Below the pieces are notes generated by a model. It was given only the letters and a program-made list of their open reading frames with translations. It ran no database searches and was not told the DNA's origin. Below, in pieces: positions 25,693 through 40,164 of a DNA stretch of 64,000 nt; positions within the stretch are counted from its first letter, which is position 1, and each line of letters begins with the position of its first letter. The position numbers and the translations under genes were made by a program. This DNA is from Camelus ferus. Its lineage: Eukaryota. The stretch covers positions 25,422,001-25,486,000 of the forward strand of contig NC_045696.1 of the NCBI RefSeq assembly GCF_009834535.1, read 5' to 3'.

Positions 25693-26754
25693 AACAACTC
25701 TTTTCTTTCTTTGTGGATCTGGTGGCATGAGGAGCCCAAAGTGCTAGATGGTAGTTGCAATTTCTACCTCAGTAAAACCCTCACTAGAAGCAACCCCACA
25801 GTAAGTATCTCTCCAACTTACCTCTGTTGGTTACATCACCTAAAATCATAGCTATTTGGTAGGACTTCAGCACTGATTAAATAGGACAGAAGTATTTGAT
25901 GGTGGATGAGGGAGAGAAAGGCAGAGGAAAAGAGAAGTAAAAGAATGGGAGCTGGAGAGAGAAACAGGCATTGACAGAAGTGCACATAGGTCTTATTCAT
26001 ATTTTAAATGCATTTCACAGTCTGGGGCCTCTCACATGTCTTCATCTGATTAAAAGGTGCAGATTCAGATGTGTGATTGTCCCATGTTTTAGTAGGAATA
26101 CTTCCTTGAAGGAAGGCTAAAAGATTTTGGCATATAAAATTCTCTTGCACCTAGAGATTGCTGATGTCATTCACATGAGTATTAGAGGAGTAGCCCTGTG
26201 GAGTCTGAGAAATGTCAGAAGGAAATACTTCTATTTCCCTAAAATATGTGGTGGTTGACCTGAAAATATTTCCCAGGGTCTTCTGTCTTCAGCATTTCTA
26301 AGGAACGAAGCAAAACCACTCCAAGAACTAGGCCCACACTGCTAAATCCAAGGACTTAGCTTCTTTTGGTCTTTTTTTTTTTTTTTTTTCTTTATTCTAC
26401 TCCACTGTAGGATCACAACCACTCTAAGAACTGCCACCAACACACACCCAAAAATGCCCCCATTCAGTTTCTTCCTCACCTCAGTTGGGGTCAGTGGTTA
26501 ACTAGAATGAACTCAAAAAAGAGCTTTGGGCTGAAGACTTTATATAACAATAATATAAACTCCTTTACCCTTCCCCTGTTGGAAATGAGTCAACCATTAG
26601 GCACACAGTTGCCTTATTACTTACTGGAAGTGAGAGAAAATTTATTTTCTAAGCATCACTCAAATGGATATCCTAGTTTAAGCAGGGAAATGAGTATATA
26701 ACCACGTAGACACAAATGCATATAGAATATACTGCACGTATGTTTCTCTAATCT

Positions 26755-27110
26755 GTTTCAGAGCATTTGCACTTGGCTATTTCTCTGTTTGGAATATTCT
26801 CAACAGGACTTTTTCATGGCTGTGTTCTTTAAATTCTTCAGGTTTTCCAAACATTACTTTCCAGGAGATTATTCTTTGACTACCTTAGAGAAATCATCTC
26901 TTCCATAGATCTCTATACAATCCCAAATACTATCTTCTTCATAATCCTTATGAGTATCTAAACCTTTGTTTGTTTGTTTATGTTTATAGACTCCCTCAAA
27001 AGTAAAATAAACTCATCAAGGGAAGGTATTCTATTGGGTTGATACACAAGTACATGAATCTCATGGCCTTGGTTAGTATTTGGCACACAGGACTCAATAA
27101 ATATTTAATA
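26755..27110 (+). mobile_element. L2 3' end
   Basis: gcatttgcacttggctatttctctgtttggaat...ttggcacacaggactcaataaatattt. Confidence 0.8.
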
Positions 27111-29424
27111 TATGCAACATAATTTTTATAGTTTTTAATGAAGCATAAGAACAAAGGATATTGAGGATATAGGGCATCTAAAGGTGGCAGTTCCCCTTTT
27201 TATTTGTTGCTATCCAGGTATCTTAAAATGTGTTCCTATTGGGAGGATTCATGTTAGTCAAAAGTCTTTGTCAGTCCATATGCAAATATCAAGAGTTATA
27301 TTAAAAAGTACATTTCATATTTGATTAGTTGACCAATTATAGAAGGAATATTGTGAATTTACAAAATATCAGGAAATAAAAATAGTTTATATTGGGATTT
27401 GAAATCAGTTATAGGATCTGGGGAGAGGCGTTTATGCCAGATTCCCGCCACACTCCATTATATTTTGCCTTATTGAGTTTTCCATTTATTATGGAGATGT
27501 TGGATGACTATTTCAGAAAAGTGCTAGGTGACAGGAAGAAATTATTTTAAATTGCAATAGAAATTTTAAAATTGCAGCAAATCATTCACAAAGGGGATAA
27601 TCTACATGTAGATAATTGAGAGTTTGTCTGAAGATAAATGTTTCTAATTTTGATGATGTCTTTGAGAAAGTAGCACTCATGATATTCATCAGGTTGAAGG
27701 AACTTCATTTTAATACAATTCCTGTATGTTATCAGTATTTTTTCCAATCCATTTCAGAGGAAAAGTGTCCGTTGTTATGAAGATGTATTATCTGCATGGC
27801 TTGGTACATCACTGTCACACTATTAACCTTCAAATATTATGAGTACCATTGCCAGACTAAGGGAGATTGAAATCAAAACGTTTTAATTATTCTTGTTATT
27901 TTTGGTATATAAATTACATAAGATGCTTTTAGTTTGACAAGCCCAGGAAAAAAACCACTTGCCCTATTTCTCTCTTACACATTTTCTCCTTTTGCTCCCT
28001 AGTCTCCTCTTCACCCCTACATCACTAAAATAGCCTAGATTTTAAAAATTATAGAAAAAACTACAAAAAATTTTTGGAACAAGGTACATGGGTTATATGC
28101 ACAATAATGATGTTAAACCATTGAATAGCTCTTAGAATACCAAACTGTATTACTACATATGACATCAGACATCTTTTTCTTAGCCCAGTAGGAAATTATA
28201 TTCTGAACTAGCATTTATAATAATAATTCACATTTGTTATCAAGATGAAGTACTGATGCCTAGGACTGGCCATTTCCATCACATTATTTTATAAACTAAA
28301 TTAATTATTAATTTAAGCCCTGGAAATACCTATATTAATTTTACTGCAAGTGGTGCAGGCCACTTTCAGAACAAAGTATATTATCAGTCAGAAAGTGCCC
28401 ACTCTCAGGAAGATCAAACACACTACTGTTTGTTTCATTCAGTAGAAAAAAATATGCCAATGTTACATGAGAATTAAGTGTTTTCAAAGAGGAAAAAATA
28501 ATGTTAATGAATAATGTTTCAGAAACACTTGTTGCTCTTAAATATTATCTTCTAATAATATTTTTATTTCTGTCACGTGTGGTGTTTCTTCATAGAAGCT
28601 TTTACAGACTACTTTTTGGTGTCCCATCATTTACTACTGGAACGTTCAGGCTGGCTTTCAATACACTCCATTTCTGGAATGTGCGTCTTAGATCTGTAGG
28701 AGATTTACCAATCCACAGAGCACTGGGAGCCCTCTGTCATAACTGATCCTCAGATATTTGAGGACGTTTTCACTGCTCCATCAGCCACTGAGTTCACAAC
28801 ACTGCACTCCTACTATCATTCACTATCCTGAAAAAAGTTGGCTTTAATACAAAGCTTTATGTATGTACAGATATGGACTAGTTTCTGTTGAAAAACAAAT
28901 AACCATTATGCTAAGATGTCATGATAGCATTTTAAACATTAAAGGAGTAAAATAGTCAGGAGCAAATTTCAATTTAGAAGAAAAGTAATATTAAACCCTC
29001 TACAGCTAAGTGCAATAAAAAGGACCAGAATTGGAAAATATGCTCCATATTATTATCTTCAGAAAGCTGTAAATATCAAGAGAGAATTTATGTTAGATAC
29101 CCCAAACCTACATAGCCACTTAACCAGACCATGGGGTGGTGGTTGGAAATAAAGAGGCCCTTGACTTGCTTACTTTTTAAAAGTAACTTAACCATGCAGC
29201 CATTATTGATTGGTTTCCAATTATGTTATATGACAACAATATGTGCTTATGAATTATGAGAAAAGTACCTCATAATGATTGTATAAAATGGTTTCTGCAC
29301 AGAAAAGTTTAAAAATAAAATACACAAAGATTGAGATATCCAAAAATTAAGTCAATATTTTTCCTTTTATTTCTTCTCTACTGTTTAAAAATGTGTCAAA
29401 CAATAAAATACACATTTAGGAATT

Positions 29425-29745
29425 TGGTAGGGACAGTTGGTGCTCACCAAATATTCTAGTTGCTTCCCTATGTTGCTAGTCCTCCTTTAAGGTGAGGTCA
29501 GAACTGTGTGACTGAGTCCTGCTAAAAGGCAATAAGGAGAAGCAATGGGTGTCACTTCTGGCTCAGACAAATTGAGCCAGTGTGCCCTAGTCATTCCTGA
29601 GCTCCTCTGCCATAGTGACCCTAACATTCTGTTTAGTTGGTATCTTTACAAGATGGAGGAAGGGCACCTGGCATGGGTTGGGCTTTATGAGAGCTTTTAA
29701 GAAAGAAAAAATTTTGAGCCAAAACTTTATTTTTGGTGTGTTAAA
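29425..29745 (+). mobile_element. Old MaLR LTR (MLT1I/J-like)
   Basis: tgtgtgactgagtcctg...agaagcaatgggtgtcacttctggc. Confidence 0.65.
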
Positions 29746-30010
29746 ATATTAAATGTATATTATCCCCATCAGAAGTGGATAAAGACTTTGTGCCATAGGT
29801 TAAAGTTAAAAATGTCTCATAGGGGATTATGTAAGGTGACTACCTGTTCTGTTTAAGTGTTTGTGTACTCTTTCCTATATGTTTGAGCATTCCATAGCAA
29901 TATATTTATGATGCCATAAGTAGTCTCTTAAAAAACAAATGTTCTTTCAAACATGAGCTTAACTCAGAGGAATAGCCAGCTATGTCTCTATCAGATTTTA
30001 GTAGAAATGA

Positions 30011-30225
30011 ATAATGATAGCAACCATCACTTACAAAAGCTGCTGAAGTGCTGTGCTCTTTGTGAAAATCATTATTTGAATTATCTCATTTAATCCTCCA
30101 AACAGTCTTTTGATCCAGAAACTACCATTATCCCCATTTTAGACATGACAGAACCAACTCTCAAAGAGGTTAAGTAACTTGTCCAAACTGGCAAGGTGAG
30201 GATCAAATACAGGGATTGAATCCAT
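30011..30225 (-). mobile_element. MIR SINE
   Basis: attatctcatttaatcctc...attatccccattttagacatga...agaggttaagtaacttgtccaa. Confidence 0.85.
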
Positions 30226-30553
30226 TATCATCACTTGAGACTAATACACTGTATTTAACATTGGAAACAATAAAGCTGTACTTTATCTGAACACTCTCAA
30301 TAAATTAGCCTGTCATTCTCCTGTTTATTCATTTCACTTCGAAACTTTCTAGCAACTCTTAAACACACCCACCAATACTGAGAACAAGAAACAACAAAGG
30401 GATACAACAGCAACAAGATCACACTTACTCAACCCCCTTCTTCCTCCTCCCCTTCATAGCCACACATCGAAAAAGGCTCCTCAAACTTTCTATCTCCATT
30501 TTTTTTTTTTTTAATGTCCTACTCGGTCCTCACCTTTCTCTCCTGCTACATTC

Positions 30554-31030
30554 AACAGATTTACTATTTTCTTTCATGATCCTGTAGGTTGTTGACAAAG
30601 CTCAGCTGTATAGTTGTTGCCTGGGGTTCCCTACAGGGCTGCAGTTAGATGTTGGCCAGGATTAGCATCCGACATCTCCAGTGGGCTGGACGACCCAACA
30701 CAGCTCACTATCTGACTCATCACCATGGCTGGGAACTCAGCTTGGGCTATTGACTGGTCACCTGCAGTGGCCTCTCCATGTGGCTTCTCATATTTCTTGA
30801 GTTCTAGGGAGAAGCAGACCAAGAGGTAGCTCTCCAAGAGACCCAGATAGGAGCTATAAGAGTTCTTTACAAGCCAGCCTTAGAAGGAATAGGGCATCAC
30901 TTTTACTTTATTCTTTTGGTTAGAAGTGAGTTGCCACATCAATTCATATTAAAGAGAAAGGCTGGAGGAAGAATATGAATACTGGGAGGGATGGTCGTTT
31001 TGAGGACGATCCTTGGAAACTGCTGCAATC
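30554..31030 (-). mobile_element. MaLR LTR (MLT1G/H-like)
   Basis: ggctgggaactcagcttgggct...gtggcctctccatgtggctt...gccttagaag...gcatcactt...tgaatactgggagg. Confidence 0.8.
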
Positions 31031-31034
31031 TCCA

Positions 31035-31510
31035 CAGCTTCACATGGTGTACATCAATGGCAATTCATAATTTTGCTGAGCCTACACTGCTGGTCTTAGC
31101 CTTATATCCATCCAGCCTTATTCACTCTCCCAACCCCGTTTACTTATACACACTCTGCATAGGGTGAATGAGGTTCCTTGAATACAATAACGTGCAATTT
31201 TATGCCACCATGCCTTCTAACATACTCTTCTCCAAGATGTTTCATGTTTGTTTTCTATTTGCTAGTTTTATGTAACTCATTATTTAGAATACAAATAAAG
31301 AGGTTCTTACCCTTTGTAAGAACCCTCTCTGACACAACTCCAGATTTTTTATGTCTCTATTGCAACCTGTGATATACTTGTATCCTCAGATACTGTAATC
31401 ATTTAATGCTACTTAAGGGCATCAATTATCTATAAGCCAATTTTATACAAAGAGGTCAAGGCAGGTAGTAAGGCAACCAATAAATTCTTGCAGAATGGCT
31501 GGATAAACAG
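31035..31510 (+). mobile_element. Decayed L2 3' region
   Basis: Pyrimidine-rich L2-like body ending caataaattcttgcagaatggctggat. Confidence 0.45.
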
Positions 31511-33324
31511 AAACACTTAACTTGTTCCTAGACTATGCACATTTTTTAAGCCTCTTATGGTAGATTTATTTTTCAGTCATTCCCAGTATATGTATCACTT
31601 CACTATACGAGCTTATTTCCCTTTCATATGGTTCAATAATAAGCTTTGAATTGTACATAAAATTCAAGGGGAGCCTTACAACTATCAGTAATATACTGCA
31701 TTGGTTGCCTGACATGAAGATTATTCTGTATAATTTCAACAAAAATGCTCGTAACTAAAGGCTGTGATTCTTCACGTGGTTTTATGAAACTTTATGCTAT
31801 TACATACAAAATGGAAGTTTTGCATAATTTCAGAAATTCTTAAACCAAATCTATTTTTAATTCACATAATGACGGCTCTCATCAAATTAATAATATCAAG
31901 TGTCTGAGAGTGTAACATCTCCCTGTGATCTGATACAGTTGTGTGTGTGTCTGTGTCCCCATGATTGTGTGTGTGTATTGCATCTATAAAGCTGCCACAT
32001 TTCCCATTATGAATTAAGTGACAGGAAAAATATATGTGTCACATGCTCAGCAGAATTGGCAGTGATTATTTTCTATTTAATTTTTATTTTAATAGGACAA
32101 TCAGTAAAATATCCCATATGATATAAATATTTTTGGAAATTTCTATTTTTTTAGGTCAATAGTTTTTAAGTTTCTAGTATTATTTCACTTGGTAGAATTG
32201 GATGATGGGTTTGAATATCATAATATTCTGAGAAATAGATGTGCAGATTTATAAAATGAATTTATTATAAAAAGAAATAATATAAATCTCATCCTGTTAT
32301 CTATACATGCCATATTAATAAATAAAACTTGGACTTGCACGTTTCTGCAGCCACTACATTGATTTTAAATATGGCTTTTAGGTAGTGTAAGTTAATTGCT
32401 TTAATAACTATATTATTGAAGTGATTTTTGATAATTTTTGAGTAAAATTATTTTTTTAACTTTTTTACCCAATTGAGAGAAAAAAATTAAATGATCCAAT
32501 ATGATTTTTTCTTATATAATCTCTTTAAAACGCTTCAATTAATTGGTCTTATATGAAAAAACAAAGAACCTTGAAAGGCATCAGATTAAGGTCACAAGTC
32601 AGTGTTCAAGCAAAATAGAGCTGGGCTACCAAATAATTTCCTGTTATTAAGCCGGTAAATCAGAGCAACATTGATAGATGTGAGTGCCGGGACGGTATGT
32701 CAGTCTCATGAAAAAATGCTGAATGGACACAGGTGATCAATGCTGTCAGACTCTTGAAAATAAAAATTCTTAAAAGGTCAGAGAAAACATTGAAAAGACT
32801 ATCAGTGGTGTTTAAATATCCAGAAACGCAGTTTTCGTGTGATTTAACTTAAATGAGACTTCCTATGGCTTCACAATGAGCAAAGCTGAAGAATTTTCTA
32901 AATGAGAGCAACTTGTTTAAAGGAGCACATATCAACACTCCACATCCATTTGGACTGACTCCCACAGGCATTCAAAGCCCGTTCTAGACCCCAAGCCTTT
33001 TTAACTTGTCATTTTCTTCTCCATGGAATTTAGCTTCTTGTCAGCACCTCATATCCTATTTCTGCCCACCCTCCAGACCTTGTTCAAGTTCTGCCTCTTT
33101 TGAGGTTTTACCTGAGTGCCCCACTCAATAAAAGCACCTGTGTTTTGAGCCAATAAAATAGTGATTCTTTAATAAGACCCATATGACATTCAATGAACTC
33201 ACTCTTAAATGATTAACTAACTCTTGTTACTTTCAAGAAATATCTTCTGAGAGAACTACCTTTTACACTCTTGTAATAAACAAATAGGCTAGAATTTCTG
33301 CCTTCAGAAGATTTACATCTAATG

Positions 33325-33458
33325 AATGATTTAAAGTTTGGGGAGCCAGCGTTCCCTTTGAAAGTGTAGCTAGAACAATGGCCACTTTCTCCAGATAAAT
33401 TTATTCACATAAAATTTATCACTGAAATTCAGAGGATGCAGTCACCAAGATTATGAAG
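33325..33458. mobile_element. MER103C-like hAT-Charlie MITE remnant
   Basis: ccctttgaaagtgtagctagaacaatggccactttctccagataaat...aattcagagg. Confidence 0.5.
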
Positions 33459-34269
33459 GGGGGAGGGGGGTGAGAGGTAACATTTTTAATTCTGTTTTGG
33501 AAAAGTAATAAACGCTCTTCTAACTGAGGAAGTAATGAGTGGTTATCTAGGGGAATGTAACAAATAGCACAGGCAGAAGGAAGAAGAGGGGAAAAGTATG
33601 GGACATAAAGGAAACATTAAGATTTTTCATGAGTCAGGAGGGTGATATGAACTTAGGTTGCAGATATGTGTTGGAACAAGATGGTTTCTGTACTTGCTAG
33701 CATGTTGAGCCTGTTTTGGGGAAAAGATATTTTATCTTTCTAGAGAATTACTATTTTTCTACACCATAAAGAGTTCTAGCATGTTCTTCTTTCATATTTT
33801 CACTAACTTTAAGCACCTCTTATGTAGGGCTTTGCACCTATTAAATATTTAACTGAGAGTTGACTAAGAAAGAATGGGAGGGGAGGAAGGGAGAAGGTTA
33901 TAGAGTTAGTTGATCTGCAGAGTTCTGGAAAGGATGAGAAGAGATAATTGAATTATAAGTGATGTTATACTAGGCCAATTATGATTAAGTATAGGTTATT
34001 TTAATAGGATGATGGAAATAAAGAGAATTAGTTTCATGTTATTTATAAGAAATGCTGTAACTAGAAAATATTTTTCTTCTAATAGCAGTTTAGTTTTGTT
34101 GGAAATAAAATTATCAAGCATAACTATGGGGCTCTAAATTAATCCTAGTTAAATGATATAATATTTTATGCCAGTAAAATATAAAGTATTTCTAATTTCC
34201 ATGAGGTCATAGGAATGTGTTTTGTTCAGTTATCTCTTAAATTCCTATGTATGTTAAATCACACAGTAG

Positions 34270-35345
34270 ACATTTATTTCACAAACGTTTATTGAGAGAC
34301 TACTGAAATCTGAGCCTTATTCTAGGTGGCAAGAGAATAGCAATAACAGAATAAAGTCCTTTTTCTCGAGGGAGCATGTATTAGAGATGAGGAACATGAC
34401 AATAAGCAAGTACATAAATAAATAGATATGTGTAGTGATGAATCTGCTATAAAAAAATAAGAGTGTATCAGTTAAGCATTATCACAAAAAAGTGGTATCT
34501 ATCAATCACTAAAATCTCATCAGTGTCCTGAAGCAATAACACTTATTTCACCCAAGTGTCTGGAGTCATTTGGAAATCAACTAAGGTTTGAGCTAGGTTC
34601 CTCTACAGATTTCAGCTGGGCTCACTCATAGGTTTGCAGATTGGAGGCTGATCAAACTGGGCTGGGCTCAATTAAGATGGCTAGCTGGGGAGTCTCTGTT
34701 CCGTATTTCTGTCACCCCCCCCCCCACCTTAGAATCAACAGGCTACAGGTACATCCTTCACATGGCAAAGTCAGAAATGCAAGAGCTCAAACCCAACCAT
34801 GCAGGGCATCAGAAGTTCTTCCTGCATCATGTCAGCCTAAACAAGTAAAAAGGCAAAGAAATGGAGAGTTCAGTTTGCCCACAAAGATGGGAAAATGGCG
34901 AGTGAATATTATTGAAAGATGGCTAACCTCCCATTTAGCATAAGAGTAATAGAGCGCTATGGAGGAGTGCTCACTTAAACAGGGTAGTTGGGACCATATT
35001 CACTCATAAGGTGACATGTGAGCAGAGAAGCAAAGTGAGAGAGTCAGACTTGGGAATATCTGAGGGGAAAAGTTTTAAAGCAGGGAGTACAGTCATTTCC
35101 AAGTTTCTAAAGTCAGAGCACGTATATCTGGCTGTGGTACAGCAAGAAAGAAGTAAGGCAGACTTGAATGAGTGTGAAGTGGAGGGAGAGGCAATGAGGC
35201 CAAGAAGAAATACTAACCAGGTCATGGGCAGTCATGTGAGGATGCTGATTTTATTCTAAGTGACATGGGATGCTTGTTTTGAAAAAAAAGTGAAGGAAAA
35301 AAAAAAAGACTAACATCAGACTCACACTTAAAAAGAGTAACTGTC
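34270..35345 (-). mobile_element. L2 element split by an LTR insertion
   Basis: Left part acaaacgtttattgagagactact...; right part aggtgacatgtgagcagaga...tttattctaagtgacatggga. Confidence 0.8.
34464..34940 (-). mobile_element. MaLR solo LTR (MLT1H/I-like) nested in L2
   Basis: Starts tgtatcagttaagc; contains cagctgggctcactcat; flanked by TAAGAG (34458-34463 and 34941-34946). Confidence 0.75.
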
Positions 35346-36494
35346 AGTGAATTTTGAAATCTTTTGTATTAAATATATTCTGTCATATTACTTATAAAAA
35401 AATTCCAACTAGATAATAAACTTGTGTGTGGAGGGTGGGGAATGAACTGTGTATTACATGTATTTGGACACTTAATATCCTTAAGATGTCATCTCAATAA
35501 GTATTTATTCATGTAGTTACAAAAAAAATTGTTTTGCACTGATTTTATCCTGGGAACATATGAAGTAACCTAAGTAAGAAAATAATTTAAGAGAAGTTTC
35601 ATTACAACGTTAGAGAAGCTACACTGACTAACAGCATCACTGTCAGGTTGAATACTACGGTGAAATTAATCTCTCAGAGGGGCAAAGGGAAACCATCCCA
35701 CTTTATTCTTTAGTACTTTGCCTTACCTAAGGCTCCTCTTTCTTTAAATTAATTCTTCAAGTCTTTCAAAGCTACTCCTTGATATTTGTTCTTGCTCCTC
35801 TTTTCCTAAACTTAGCCTGGAGATTTCAGCACAGAAACAATTGCTTGTTACATACTTGTGAATGATTCGGCTGAACTTCAGCTGTTTCTCTTCTTGGATT
35901 TTGAGGGCTTTGTTGTTGAAAGCTCAGGGGTAAAACGCTTGCCGCATAGATCCACATACCTTTCCCTCCCCAGATGTAAGAAACACCACCTGCCTATTGA
36001 AAAATTTCTCTTTTTATTGGAAGGATTATGGCATCTGTGCTTACTTGGTGGACCAAATTATTGATCTAGGATGTTGCTTATTTGAAGAAATGTCTTATAA
36101 ATAAACTTTAGCCACTGCTCTGTTCCTTTGCTGTCCCACTATTTGACCCAGGGTGTCTGGGAAATGCTGTGGCATTTTCTGTCACTATTGGCATATGTTT
36201 GCAAGCACTGGCTTCAAGAATCCACTCCAAATGGACAGAGGGAAAAGGTAAGGTTGAGCTACCCTACGGTAAACCTTGGAAATGTCTGACATATTTAAGA
36301 ACGAGGCTCCCCATGGCGTATTTACCAACATAAATTTTATCACACTTACTATAATGGATGCTTTTGAAAAGTATGATAAATGGTTTTATGTAATATTTCA
36401 GCAGGTAGCAAAACTTTAAAGAACATTCATCACAGCTAGTGCAAAATAAAGGGGACCCACTGGCATTGTGTAGTGCAGCAGCCCAAATGCTGTC

Positions 36495-36668
36495 ATCAAT
36501 AGAACAGAGTATGGAGTCAGACAGAACGGGGTTCAAATTCTGGCCTCACAGCTTACTAGTTATATGACCTTAGTCAAGTTGCTTAACCTTAGCTATAAAA
36601 TGCAAGTAATCATGTCTACTTCCTGGGGGTGTCTGTGAAAGTAAATTATAATAGTTATGCACAGTGAC
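36495..36668 (+). mobile_element. MIR SINE
   Basis: tggagtcagacagaacggggttcaaattctggc...cttactagttatatgaccttagtcaagttgcttaacct. Confidence 0.88.
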
Positions 36669-38424
36669 TATTCTCTTGCCTTTGTAAAAAAAGTTCTCAA
36701 AGAAGATACATTCTTTTACTGTATCACAAATATTAACCAATGTCTCTCTCTTTTTTTTAATGATGGATGGCATTTAAATGTATTTTTGTTATTTAGTTAG
36801 ACCAGGGATTCAAAGATTAAGAAAAATAACATTTTTCTTATTAATCTGTCACTTTGTGAGGAAAATAAGCACCACTTATAAATTATTAAACAGATTTTTT
36901 GTGATTATTAGTATCTTGCTCTATGTGTAGTTCCTGAAACACTGATCAGTATATTATATTAGGGCAGTTATGATGCTGAAAAAACGATAAACCTGAAGTT
37001 TTACAACCAAAATATGCAGACATTCTATACGAAACCAGATTCTGTAGGGAATGATCAAATTAATATTTCTATTGTTGAAAAAGAAAATCTTCATACTGCT
37101 GGTATCTCTGACAGATTAATTTATTTAAAAATTACCTTGATAACATACCGATTTTCCTTAATTTTTGAGAAAGTGCCAACTCTGTTAATTTTTATTTTAA
37201 AATTTGTACCTTTTGCCACTCAAATTTATGCACAGTCTTCAAAGCTCCTAGGCCATAATTCCCTTCTTTCCTGGTGACTGGTTCTATTCAATTTAATCGA
37301 ATATCCCTGTTGTTGTAATTTCTTATGTCTTACTACTGAAGAAATCCCTAGAGGTTTTCAAAACCTTTTCCTCTGAAGTCTCCCATCCATTTCCACATTA
37401 TTTGGCAGAAACTCGGGGGGGAATTATATGTACTATGAATTTATAAATACATAGTACATCACCATTCAGTAGTTTTACTGTCACAATAAACGTCATTTCT
37501 CCATCCAAAAGATTTCTCAATCTCTCCCTAAGTTTATTTTCCCAATCAGATAAATAGCTGCTGCTCCTCCTGGCAATTTGTAGTAATTGATTGCTTAGCA
37601 ATGGTCCTGTAAGATTAGATATCGTGCTAAATGTACATTAAAAAGTTATGTTCTAATAGAAACTAAGATTTGTCTAACTTCACAGCCTTTAGCTAGAGAG
37701 TTTCTTTAAAACAGAGATATAGTGACTAGTATCATGGCATCGTCACAGCGTGGAAAAATGGCCTCAGCTTGTGTCAGGTTGAGCTGATTCTCACCTGCCA
37801 CTGTGGGCATCGGGCCCTCCTTTTACATCTTAAGAAATTATTTTTTTTTTAGGTTCATAATATAGCATTTCCTTTAAAAATACCATGTGCAAAAGCAGCA
37901 TAGATTCTTTAATGGTATTCATGAAGCTAAATTTTACTAGAAGCTGGGAATTCTATAATGCTACAAAATGGTTCATAAAATATTGCCATCTGCTATACCA
38001 AGGAGCAGTTCATTTTTACTAGCTTTAAAATGGCTGTGCTTTTATGTGTTTGGATTTTTGCCTAAGCTTCAAGTTCCCTCTGAAAGCTACTTCTGACCTC
38101 TGCCTGAGGAAATGTGAAAATCTGCCTTTCCTATCTTGCTTTATAAGCTTCAGTGGGAGAATGTAAATGGACTAACTACATTGTGTGAGATTTTCCCAGA
38201 AAAACCTCTCACATACTGTGTGCATGGCTGGCTCTGTTTACAACATTTCCAGTTTATACTGAAGTAACCACTTGTAAAAGAAATTGCCCAAAGTGCTAGC
38301 GCTAAAAACAAACATTTAGAGAGGAGTATGCCATCAGCAGAAGATAAAGGCTTTTCTTATGACTGAGGAAAAAATTTTGCAAAACTATGAAATGAATATT
38401 CCACACAGAAAATACAGGATAGAA

Positions 38425-38545
38425 CAGAAACTTCAGAGCTGGAAATTATCTAATCCAACTATTTGATAAGGGGCGAGAGTGAGGCCCAGAAGGGTCTTCA
38501 GTGACTCGCCCAGAGTCTTACTTTTAGGAACGGTGTCCAACTTTA
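38425..38545 (-). mobile_element. MIR/MIR3 fragment
   Basis: agagctggaa...atctaatccaac...tgaggcccagaaggg...agtgactcgcccagagtc. Confidence 0.6.
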
Positions 38546-39991
38546 GACTATTTTTTTTTAAATTAGATTTTAAAGGAGTTTTCAAAATGTGAGATTGTGA
38601 CTCTACGTGCACAGTTATTTGCAACTGTTAGGATGTTGAGAGAAACCATCAAATGAGTAAATAAAGTTGGTGTTTTGTGAAAACATAGATTTGTGCTGGG
38701 CAGAGTCAAAATAAAAACAACAAAATTTAAAAAGCAAATTAAAAAAAGAAGAAAATGGAAAAAGAGGGAGAAGAAGTGGAAGAGACAAACGAGGAAGGGA
38801 AGCAAAAGGAGGAGATGAAGGAGGCAGAGAGATGAGGCAGCAAATTGTGGCCTTTGTTACATTAGATACAATTTCCAGCTCCTCCCCTCTGCTCCTGCAT
38901 GTCTGTGGAATTGATTACATACTCCCCTCCTTTCTGCCTTCGCTCTCCTAGGCCTTCTCATGTAGATTCTCAGAACTTCCCCTGTAAGAAAGTCGCTTTA
39001 CATTTACCATGTATTTTGAAGCTCAGTCCTGCCTCTGATTTCCTCTGGATGAATGAGACTTGGGTGTCCTCAGCTTCCATTCCTTTTCTCTTCCTCAGTT
39101 TCCTCATAAATGCCTCTGAGGGGAACCCTATAATATAAGCACCTAAAACATGTGCCTTCCTTCATCATGTAAGGGTTAATACATTTACCTTATAAAAGTG
39201 TAAATATCCTATTGGAACATTTCCAATAAGAACAGATGTTCAGGCAGATTTATTGGTTATCACAAGGGTCTTATAACTTTTCAATTTTTGATTGAGGGAC
39301 TATGAAAACACATTATTTAAAATATAAATTTGATATGTTTTCTACACAATGATTAAATCTCTCAAGTAGCCTCAAACCAGCTTACTTTGTCCAGTGCTCT
39401 ACATGGAGATCTGTCATCTGCAGTGTTGACTAGATGTGTCCAAAGATAGGAGGTATGAGGGAGGAAACACATCTTAACCACCTGACAGTTTTCACTTCAT
39501 GTTGTCATGGTTTTTGAAGTTGATGTTGGATCAGAGGCATCTTCTTCTAAAATGTGAACATTCAAACCAAGTCTCAAGCATAAGTGTGTATTAGTTTAAG
39601 TAAATTGCTTTCTTCATTCCACATAAATGAGATCACCTGCATTGAGTAAATGGAAATTGTAACTACAGGAGACGAAAGGAAAGCAGTGAAGAATTGGGTG
39701 AAGGAACAGTGTTGAAATTGGGTTTCCTCCAGGGAGTAGAAGGTCTGGAAGGAGGCACCACTGTGTTGGGAGTTTAGAGCAGTAGGAAGGACTTGAGCAA
39801 CTGAAATAGAAGGAGAAGACAGTAAGCTCTGTTGTTATTTAATGTGACTAACAGAGTGCGTGGTTATAGACATGCATTGTACGTTCATCCGTATCTTTAT
39901 ATAAATTAAAGAATGACATATGAATAAATCAGTAAATGAGTGAGAACAATATGAATGAATCAAAGGAGATTCCAGTGTAACTGTGGAGGAA

Positions 39992-40164
39992 CAGTGGCTC
40001 TCAAAGTTTGCTACGGTATCACCCAGGAGCTTGTCAGAAATGCAAGTTCTTGGGCCCTACCCCAACTGTACTGAACAAGAAACTCTGTGGGTGGGGCCCA
40101 GCAATCTGTGTTTCAATGAGTCCTGCAGATGATTGTGATATGGATTCAAATTTGGGACCCACTG
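39992..40164. mobile_element. MER5A hAT-Charlie MITE
   Basis: TIRs cagtggctctcaaa / tttgggacccactg; internal agaaatgcaagttcttgggccctacccca...gaaactctgtgggtggggcccagcaatctgtgttt. Confidence 0.9.

Noticed and set aside
33457..33477. G-runs as a G-quadruplex (also 44810-44828)
   Set aside because: Only two or three separate G-tracts, not the canonical four
35850..36000. Minus-strand coding-like stretch (ALKIQEEKQLKFSRIIH)
   Set aside because: Stop codon just upstream in that frame, no convincing acceptor, no recognised homology
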